64,000 nucleotides of DNA from NCBI GenBank assembly GCA_965248435.1, contig OZ252100.1, positions 5,152,001 to 5,216,000 of the forward strand. The letters run 5' to 3'. A program made the position numbers and the translations under genes. This stretch comes from Candidatus Latescibacterota bacterium (GTDB lineage: Bacteria > Latescibacterota > UBA2968 > GCA-2709665). Below, one piece after another: positions 57,121 to 64,000 of the stretch. Each line of letters opens with the position of its first letter. Position 1 is the first letter of the stretch. Below the pieces are notes generated by a model, which saw nothing but the letters and a program-made list of their open reading frames with translations, ran no database searches and was not told the DNA's origin.

Positions 57121-57935
57121 ATCGTCTTGCACAGCTCGGGGTCGCCGCGGGCGCTTTCCTTATCGCAGGAATGGGGCCAGCGGTGTGTCGCGGCGCGGAC
57201 CCTGTCGGGAAAGACTGGCGTTCCGAGGAATTTGGAAAGATGGTCGCTCTGGGGGAAAGCACGACCGCAGGAGGATGGAGCACTTCACCCGACCGCTGCT
57301 GGGTTTCCGTTCTGGCGAACCTGATCAACGAGTTCCAGTCGGCCCCGATGGCGTTTGTCAACTCCGGGATCGGGGCGAACGTGGTCTCGACAAAGAGCCC
57401 CGCTTACGAGCGAAGCGGAAAACCCGCGGCGAGCGAGCGTCTCGACAAACACGTGATCGCCCACCAGCCAGACCTCCTGATCATCTCCTACGGCCTCAAC
57501 GACGCAAGGGGGGGCACGCCTCTCGAGCGCTTTCGAGAAGAGCTCGTCGATCTCGTGCGCCGAGTGCGTGAGCGTATTCAGCCGGTCATCGTGCTCCTCG
57601 GTCCATACTACATGACAGATTTCACGCAGGGAGGACCGCGGTGGAGTCACGCAGACCTTTCACTGTTCAAGCGTTTCAACGAGGTCATCCGTCAAGTCGC
57701 TTCCACGGAGAGCTGCCTCTACGTAGACCTGCTCGCCGCGAGCGGTGAAACGGATTGGATGGTCCACTATGACGGCGTGCATCAGAACGACCTCGGCCAC
57801 CGGATCGTCGCGAATCGCATTTTCGAAGTCCTGGCCCAGAACTGCTCTGGACTGGCGAAGAAGACCAGGGAAGCCGAGAAGACGAGTCCAAGGTGGAGGG
57901 ACGAATCGACGCTGAAGGGAGAGTTCGGATTCTGA
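57117..57935 (+). CDS. Secreted SGNH/GDSL hydrolase
   Basis: GEST, NSGIG, YGLND, DGVH blocks; signal peptide. Confidence 0.9.
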   Translation: MNRLAQLGVAAGAFLIAGMGPAVCRGADPVGKDWRSEEFGKMVALGESTTAGGWSTSPDRCWVSVLANLINEFQSAPMAFVNSGIGANVVSTKSPAYERSGKPAASERLDKHVIAHQPDLLIISYGLNDARGGTPLERFREELVDLVRRVRERIQPVIVLLGPYYMTDFTQGGPRWSHADLSLFKRFNEVIRQVASTESCLYVDLLAASGETDWMVHYDGVHQNDLGHRIVANRIFEVLAQNCSGLAKKTREAEKTSPRWRDESTLKGEFGF

Positions 57936-58030
57936 GGCAGTTGCACGAGTGAGGGTTGAATCCGAGCTCGTGATCTTGCAGCGTAACTATTTTACAGGGG
58001 ATTAAAACTCATCCCGCCAGTCCACAATCA

Positions 58031-58064
58031 AAGGAGGCCGCACCTGAAAAGGTGCGGCCTCCTT
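58031..58064. terminator. Bidirectional terminator-like hairpin between convergent genes
   Basis: AAGGAGGCCGCACC-TGAAAA-GGTGCGGCCTCCTT. Confidence 0.8.
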
Positions 58065-58090
58065 ATTGGATGGTGACCCGAATCGGAATG

Positions 58091-58453
58091 TTAGTTTTCG
58101 AACACCTTATGGATGTGCTCCCGAAGCGTCGACAGGTCGAACGGTTTCTTGAGGACCGCGACCGGATTCAGTTTCTCCAACCCCGCCTGGAACTCTTTCG
58201 AGTGCAGGTAGCCGGATATGATGATGACCGGGATCTCTCTGGGGAGGTCTTTGATCATCTCCAGTCCGTCGCTTATCGGCATGTTCAGGTCGGTGATGAT
58301 CAGATCGACGTGCTGATCACTCAGCATCACCTCCAACACTCCGTCGAGACCATCGGCCCCTTCCAGGATGTTGTAGTCCTCAGACAGGGTGTCCTTCAGC
58401 ACCCCCCGCAACTCTTCCTCGTCATCTACGATCAGAATCACGTTTTTCATCAT
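58091..58453 (-). CDS. Stand-alone response-regulator receiver
   Basis: ILIVDD, DLIITDLNMP..DG, IISG, KPF. Confidence 0.93.
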   Translation of the reverse strand: MMKNVILIVDDEEELRGVLKDTLSEDYNILEGADGLDGVLEVMLSDQHVDLIITDLNMPISDGLEMIKDLPREIPVIIISGYLHSKEFQAGLEKLNPVAVLKKPFDLSTLREHIHKVFEN

Positions 58454-58494
58454 TCCGCCTATCTGTTAAATCGGATTACAGGAGAGGACCATCA

Positions 58495-60129
58495 TTAGAA
58501 TTTGGAAATGGCAACTTCCTTCGAGGTGATGAACTCCAGAAGGGCCGGTGTACCCCCTTCTGTCTTTTGGATGCCGCGTTTGATCGCCGGGACGATCTCG
58601 CCGGGGGATTCCACTCGCTCGCCATAGCCCCCGAACGCCTTCGCCATGTCGGCGTAGTTCCCGGATATGTCCGTGCTCCGGTATTTTTCCGTGGAGACGG
58701 GCATCACGCCCAACTCGATCGCCATGGAAAAGTTATTCAAGAGGATCGAAAGGATGGGGATGCGTTCTCGAACCGCCGTTTCGAAGTCCATGCCGGTAAA
58801 TCCGATGGCCGCGTCTCCCCAGATGTTGACGCAGAGCTTTTCCGGTCTGGCGAGCTTCGCCCCCATGGCCAGGCCGAGCCCGTACCCGAGCTGCGTGCTC
58901 TTGCCCCACCCGATGTAGGAAAGCGGCGTCGTCGATTCCCAAAACGGCGACGTCTGGTCCCGAGGACTTCCGGCATCGTGCGTGACGATCGAGTTCTCAA
59001 CATCCACGGTATGCATCAGGTCCCAGATCACACGATAGGGCGTGAGAGGCGTTTCCTGAGACGTGAGCTTCGGCATCCACTGGGCCTGCCATGCTTGCTT
59101 GATTGTTCTAATCTCCTTCGCAACCTTGTCCGCTCTACCCCGAGGCCTGCCGCCGAGTCGTTCAGAGATTTCAGCGTTGAGCGCCTCCAGCGTCAATCCT
59201 GCGTCTCCGACGAGTGCCTGGTCGACGACGGCGTTCCTGTTGATGTCGGCCGGATCGAGGGTCGAGTGGATGATCGTCTTCCCCTCAGGGATCTGGATGC
59301 CGAAATGGGTCTCCGCAAAGCTGCAGCCGATTCCGAAAATGACGTCGGCGTTCTGGACGAACTCATGAACGGTCCCGGGAATCGCCGCCCCGGCGGAGCC
59401 GAGTGCCAGGGGATGGGTTTCAGGGAAGGCGCTCTTGCCGTTCAGCGTGGTGACAACAGGCGCCTCCAGAGTCTCAGCCAGTGTTCTGAGGCTGTCCCAG
59501 GCCTCGGCGTAGTGGACGCCCTGGCCGGCGTGGATCACCGGTCGCTCCGCTTCAAGCAAGGTTTCGGCCGCTTTTTGCACATCGCCCGGATCCGGCGCAG
59601 ACCGATAGACGGCAACGGGACGGTAATTCAGGTCGTCGGGGATGTCGGCATCCATCACATCTGTTGGAATCTCAACGAGCGTCGGTCCGGGTCGTCCATT
59701 CCTGGCTAGGCTGAACGCCCGTCGCAAGGCGTCGGACGTCGCACTCGGGTCCGTGAGCAGCTCGCAGGATTTCGTGATGTTCCGGAAATTCAACGAAGAG
59801 GTGAAATGGGGTGGGACGCTGGTAAGCGCGCGCGGTTGGCCCATGGGCAAGACGACAACGGGCACGGAATCGGCAAAGGCCTGGGCGACCCCTCCAAACA
59901 CGTTTTCCGAGCCGGGGCCGTGCTGCATACAGAAGACACCAATCTTCTTGCCTGAGTTCAACCTGCTCAGGGCGTCGGCCATGTGCATACCGATGCGTTC
60001 CTGGCGCACGATGATCGGTCGGATGTCTACTTTGGCTGCTGCCTCGATCAGGTGATTAACGGGATATGCGAAGAGGTACTCTACGCCCTCGGCTTTCAGG
60101 ATGTGAGCGACGGCATCGGCGACCTTCAA
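58495..60129 (-). CDS. Thiamine-pyrophosphate-dependent enzyme (acetolactate-synthase-like family)
   Basis: RQER, QHGPG, GRPGP, GDAAIG..N TPP motif. Confidence 0.92.
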   Translation of the reverse strand: MKVADAVAHILKAEGVEYLFAYPVNHLIEAAAKVDIRPIIVRQERIGMHMADALSRLNSGKKIGVFCMQHGPGSENVFGGVAQAFADSVPVVVLPMGQPRALTSVPPHFTSSLNFRNITKSCELLTDPSATSDALRRAFSLARNGRPGPTLVEIPTDVMDADIPDDLNYRPVAVYRSAPDPGDVQKAAETLLEAERPVIHAGQGVHYAEAWDSLRTLAETLEAPVVTTLNGKSAFPETHPLALGSAGAAIPGTVHEFVQNADVIFGIGCSFAETHFGIQIPEGKTIIHSTLDPADINRNAVVDQALVGDAGLTLEALNAEISERLGGRPRGRADKVAKEIRTIKQAWQAQWMPKLTSQETPLTPYRVIWDLMHTVDVENSIVTHDAGSPRDQTSPFWESTTPLSYIGWGKSTQLGYGLGLAMGAKLARPEKLCVNIWGDAAIGFTGMDFETAVRERIPILSILLNNFSMAIELGVMPVSTEKYRSTDISGNYADMAKAFGGYGERVESPGEIVPAIKRGIQKTEGGTPALLEFITSKEVAISKF

Positions 60130-60285
60130 AGAACCTCCTGCAAGTGTGGGTAGAATGTTTCGTTAATTCGGGGATCATTTCTTTACAGCTGACCCGACCC
60201 CGACGCGCTTTCAGTCGGTGTGGGCTATAGAACTATCAGTATGTTATTTCAGTACATATGTACGATTTTACATTTGGGGCAATTC

Positions 60286-60301
60286 TGGCATATCGATTGC
60301 A
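60286..60301 (+). promoter_or_regulatory. Sigma54 (-24/-12) promoter consensus
   Basis: TGGCAT-ATCGA-TTGCA, AT-rich upstream. Confidence 0.7.
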
Positions 60302-60312
60302 TTCAAAGAATC

Positions 60313-60400
60313 ATCAGCGGGGCGCAGGCCGGTCCAGCGACCCGCAACTTGCCCGGTGTGACGTTTGTTGTAGTCGGGGGGCGTCATATCGGGCTTTTCT
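60313..60400 (+). ncRNA. Candidate small RNA downstream of the sigma54 site
   Basis: Two hairpins (GCGGG..CCCGC; GCCCGGTGTGACG..CGTCATATCGGGC + TTTT); no credible + strand gene follows. Confidence 0.4.
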
Positions 60401-60481
60401 ATGCCCAGGACAAAAGGGACACCGGCTTGGGATGAATGAAACTACACAAAACCTGTCAAGTCAAGCTTGAACCGAATCCGT

Positions 60482-60862
60482 TCAGATCGCGGCCGTGGCC
60501 TCGATCTCCACGTGCGCACCCGCAGGCAGGGCGGAAACCTGGACACACGAGCGCCCTGGAGGATCTTCGGTAAAGTAGCCGGCGTAGACCGCGTTCATCT
60601 CGGCGAAGTCGGCGATATCCGTAAGGTATACGACGGTACGGACCACGTTTCCCATGCCCGCCCCAGCGGCCTCGAGGATGGCGTGGATGTTTTCCAGTGT
60701 CTGACGGGTCTCCGCCGCGATGCCGCCGTCCACGATTTTTCCCGTTTGGGGATCGATGCCCTTCTCCCCCGCAACGAAGATGAAGTTGCCCACCTTGATG
60801 CCCTGTGAATAAGGACCTACCGGCAGGGCGGCCTTTTCGCTGGTGATGACTTCCTTTTTCAC
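60482..60862 (-). CDS. RidA-family (YjgF/UK114) enamine deaminase
   Basis: GPYSQ, QTLENI, FAEMNxVY, PPxRS, LPxGAxVEIE. Confidence 0.93.
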   Translation of the reverse strand: MKKEVITSEKAALPVGPYSQGIKVGNFIFVAGEKGIDPQTGKIVDGGIAAETRQTLENIHAILEAAGAGMGNVVRTVVYLTDIADFAEMNAVYAGYFTEDPPGRSCVQVSALPAGAHVEIEATAAI

Positions 60863-60905
60863 TTAGCTTTCTCCTCCTCAACACATTTTTGGACGATTCG
60901 AAACC

Positions 60906-61328
60906 TTGTTTGACTCTACCCAGGAGCCCGCCGTGGCTGTGGCCAAGCATCTCGCGTTTCTCGATCAGGGTGCGGAAGCCTGGAACCGATGGCGGGAGGA
61001 GTTTCCGAAACTGAGGCCAGGCCTTACCGGGGCCAAGCTGGCGGGTCGAGAATTCGGAAAAATGGATCTCAAGAAGGTGAACCTGAGCGGTGCCGACCTG
61101 AGTGGCAGCGACTTCACCGGATCCGATCTGGGTTGGGCCGACTTGAGCGGTGCCGATTTGAGGCGGGCAGATTTGAGTGGAGCCCGGCTTATCTTCGCCG
61201 ACCTCACCGGCGCCGATCTAAGGGAGGCTAGAGGATTGAACCGGATGCAGGTGGGAGAAGCGATTACGGACAAAGCAACCCGCCTTCCGGGTGATCTTGA
61301 CCGACCGGCTGAAGCGCAGCGATCATGA
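60906..61328 (+). CDS. Pentapeptide-repeat protein
   Basis: GxxAWNxWR then ADLSG repeats. Confidence 0.88.
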   Translation: MFDSTQEPAVAVAKHLAFLDQGAEAWNRWREEFPKLRPGLTGAKLAGREFGKMDLKKVNLSGADLSGSDFTGSDLGWADLSGADLRRADLSGARLIFADLTGADLREARGLNRMQVGEAITDKATRLPGDLDRPAEAQRS

Positions 61329-62480
61329 TCGACTGATGTCAAGGACCCTGCTTCCGCCTGCCCCCTTTTCGAATGTAGAATTGTCGATCTTTTCCTTCAG
61401 CTTCTCCAAATAAAGGTCCTCATCCACGGGGATCTCTACCCAGCCGTCGGTCCACGCGGAGAGGAGCATGGCATTCGATAGCTCGAGGCTGTGGATGCCC
61501 TCTTCGCCTGGAGCGATCAGCGGCGTTCCTTCCAAGATCGACTCCACCCAGTTTTTCGTGAGAACGTGGTGTCCCTCTTCGACATCCGGGATCGGGATAT
61601 CGCATTCCCAGGTTTCAGGCATCCCGAACCCGCCCGTGTGTTCACGTGTAAACTGGCGGACCGGCACTCGCGTTCGCCAGAAGGTGATCCGCCCGTTCTC
61701 CGCCACGACCTTTCCCCGGTCCGCCGCGATCTCGAACCGGTCCGTGCCGGGGGCCTCGCCCGTCGTTGCCACGAACAGGCCGGTGGCGCCGTTTTCGTAC
61801 TCGACAAAGGCGGTCACGTCGTCCTCCACCTCGATGTCGTGGTACTTCCCGAACTGGCAGAAGGCTCGAACCCGTTTCGGCATTCCACATATCCACTGCA
61901 ATAGATCCAGGTTGTGGGGACACTGATTCATCAGGACCCCTCCGCCTTCACCTGACCACGTTGCCCGCCAGCCCCCGGAATCATAGTAGCTTTGCGCCCG
62001 GAACCAATGCGTGACGACATAGTTGATTCGGAGGATTTCTCCCAGTTCCCCCGAGGAGACAATCTCTTTCAGTTTTCGACTCTGAGAAACGGCCCGCCTC
62101 TGGAACATGATACTGAAGACGCGGTCGCTCTTTGCCGCCGCTTCGTTCATTTTTCGAACCTGCTTCGTATAGACACCCGCGGGCTTTTCTACCATCACGT
62201 GGAGGCCGTTCCCGAAAGCTTCGATCGCCAGCGAAGAATGGTCGTAGTGGGGCGTGCAAATGATGACGCCGTCCGTCGTGCCCGAGGAGAGGAGCGCCGC
62301 GGCGTCGCTGAACGTGTGGATTCCCTCCCCGAACCTCTCGCTCGCACCTTCGGTTCGTCGCGGGTCGCTGTCGCAGATCGCCGTCAATTCTGCGTGAGGC
62401 ACCCTGCCGGCGGAGATGTGGGCAGCGTGTCCGCTTCCCATGTTCCCTGCACCGATGATGCCGATTCGAACCTTGCCCAT
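61323..62480 (-). CDS. Gfo/Idh/MocA-family oxidoreductase
   Basis: GIIGAGNMG, TPHYDH, EKP, GGGVLMNQCPHNLD. Confidence 0.93.
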   Translation of the reverse strand: MGKVRIGIIGAGNMGSGHAAHISAGRVPHAELTAICDSDPRRTEGASERFGEGIHTFSDAAALLSSGTTDGVIICTPHYDHSSLAIEAFGNGLHVMVEKPAGVYTKQVRKMNEAAAKSDRVFSIMFQRRAVSQSRKLKEIVSSGELGEILRINYVVTHWFRAQSYYDSGGWRATWSGEGGGVLMNQCPHNLDLLQWICGMPKRVRAFCQFGKYHDIEVEDDVTAFVEYENGATGLFVATTGEAPGTDRFEIAADRGKVVAENGRITFWRTRVPVRQFTREHTGGFGMPETWECDIPIPDVEEGHHVLTKNWVESILEGTPLIAPGEEGIHSLELSNAMLLSAWTDGWVEIPVDEDLYLEKLKEKIDNSTFEKGAGGSRVLDISRS

Positions 62481-62696
62481 CCCTTTTCCCTGATTTCGAA
62501 GATGAAAGAAATTGTTTGCAGAAGATACAAACGCCCCGTTGCTTCGACAACAAAAACAGGAAGTGTGGAGGCAGGGTGAGACGCGATGGGGTCCCTGACC
62601 CTTGACGTCCTCTCCCACAGGAATATATTCTCGAGGTTTCGCATACTCCAGATCGAGATTTCACATCCGACGGCATAAGCCGGGAGGGTTTCCCTA

Positions 62697-64000
62697 TTGG
62701 ATTCGAACTGGTTTGAGATCAAACTGCCGCGCAACCTGGACCGATTGACGGACCCGGATCGCGATTTGGTGCGTGATGAGCAGATGGTCTCGATAGGCGG
62801 CGGCGTATGGCTTCTCCTTCTTCGAGGCTCGGAGAAGGGGCCGCTCTGGATTCTGAAACCGAGGTGGAAGCGGCCCAGGCCGATCGGAAATTTTGAAACC
62901 GTCCAGGCCATTGCCCCTGCGGGTGGGGAGGCGGCCCTCGTGCAGTCCGACGACGCCCTCTGGAAGATCAAGGAAAGCGGGAGAAGGAGGAAGCTGATCG
63001 ACCTGCCGAAAGGGTTGACCTCGGTCGACTTCCAATGGCAGGGCGGACGTGTGATTGTGGCCGGGTTCGTGGACCGAGCACAGGCCCCTGACGCTTCAGC
63101 GCCGAAATTCCAACCTGCTCCCAGGGGAGAGATCACGCTTTGCCGCTATGCAAAGAAGGGCGGGTGGGCCGATTTGGCGGAGGTAGCAGCGGGATGCGGC
63201 GGGCTCAGTCTTTCCGGCGACGGAAGCAGGATGGTCTGGAGAGAGCCGGTGAACACGGTGCCGGAGGAGGCGCAGAGGGCGGAGTTCAGGGGATTCGATC
63301 TGACCGATAAAGGGACTCGGTCGCTCACCGAAGGGGCGGGCAGGGCCGGAAAAGCGCTGATGGCTCCCGATGGTTCTGGCTTGATCTACGAGGCCAATCA
63401 CCAAACGAGCCTCCCGATCACGACCCATACAGACGTATGGTGGATGTCGTGGGACGGAGACAAGAGGCGGAGACTGACAAGAGGTGAGCGGCAAATCGAG
63501 GACTTCGGATGGGGTCCTGGCGGGAACTCTGTGTGGGTTTCGAATACCGATGGCGTGAATCGGTCGACAGAAGTCTTGTGTATGGATGGTTCGGTCGGCG
63601 AGGTTCTTGAGCCGGCCGCCACATCCCCCGTCGTTTGGTCGGATGAGGGGAAGCCGGCATACGAGACTGAGGATCGGGCAGAGCTCCCGAAGATCCGAAT
63701 CGACGGCCGAACTGTGGAGATCCCTCAGATCGAAGCCTTCGAGGACCTGCATGTTATGCCCGTCCGATGGTCTGCGCCGGATGGTCTGGATCTGCACGGT
63801 GTCGTATACGAGGCCGCAGAGACGCCTGGGGATGCGCCGCTCCTCGTCAAGGCCCACGGGGGTCCGGCCGGTACGGTGGAGGCGCTGAAAAGCGAGGCCG
63901 TGCGCTACCAGTATCTTCTACGGGCCGGGTATCGCGTGTTCAACCCGGCCTTTCGAGGATCTCTCGGATTTGGAGACGCCTTTTTGCGGGGAAATATCGG
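62697..64000 (+). CDS. S9-family (acylaminoacyl/prolyl oligo-) peptidase, 5' part running off the window
   Basis: GGGAGG RBS + TTG 62697; same frame ends DGLDLHG..PLLVKAHGGP..GYRVFNPAFRGSLGFG; absent from the ORF track, consistent with no stop in the window. Confidence 0.85.
   Translation, partial: MDSNWFEIKLPRNLDRLTDPDRDLVRDEQMVSIGGGVWLLLLRGSEKGPLWILKPRWKRPRPIGNFETVQAIAPAGGEAALVQSDDALWKIKESGRRRKLIDLPKGLTSVDFQWQGGRVIVAGFVDRAQAPDASAPKFQPAPRGEITLCRYAKKGGWADLAEVAAGCGGLSLSGDGSRMVWREPVNTVPEEAQRAEFRGFDLTDKGTRSLTEGAGRAGKALMAPDGSGLIYEANHQTSLPITTHTDVWWMSWDGDKRRRLTRGERQIEDFGWGPGGNSVWVSNTDGVNRSTEVLCMDGSVGEVLEPAATSPVVWSDEGKPAYETEDRAELPKIRIDGRTVEIPQIEAFEDLHVMPVRWSAPDGLDLHGVVYEAAETPGDAPLLVKAHGGPAGTVEALKSEAVRYQYLLRAGYRVFNPAFRGSLGFGDAFLRGNI

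Noticed and set aside
62586-62678. ATG 62586 as the start of the S9 peptidase
   Set aside because: In-frame TAA at 62676; the RBS supports TTG 62697

Overview
GC-rich bacterial chromosome. A short core block (ComF-like 3' end, pgk, tpiA, secG, tRNA-Leu(GAG) at 2843-2929) is followed by about 60 kb of accessory DNA. The first ~30 kb after the tRNA is punctuated by seven same-orientation copies of a tRNA-Leu-linked repeat (tRNA 3' fragment, hairpin terminator, conserved arm-like sequence). These copies divide the region into 1-8 kb cargo modules, and no cognate island integrase is present in the window. Cargo is mostly small-molecule metabolism (several PhyH and TauD dioxygenases, enolase-superfamily enzymes, SDRs, BNR/sialidase-like proteins) with many truncated gene stubs, an IS30, and a tyrosine-recombinase + IS91 unit bounded like an integron cassette. 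Highlights missed or unexplained by the ORF track: (1) two signal-peptide proteins that appear to be built on a tandem phage/eCIS tail-tube fold, with no other tail genes; (2) a peroxiredoxin-like gene with two in-frame TGA codons forming a UxxU motif plus a SECIS-like hairpin; (3) a YhcG-N/thermonuclease fusion tied twice to the tRNA repeat; (4) a candidate sigma54-driven sRNA. All family calls are from motif recognition by eye; no searches were run.
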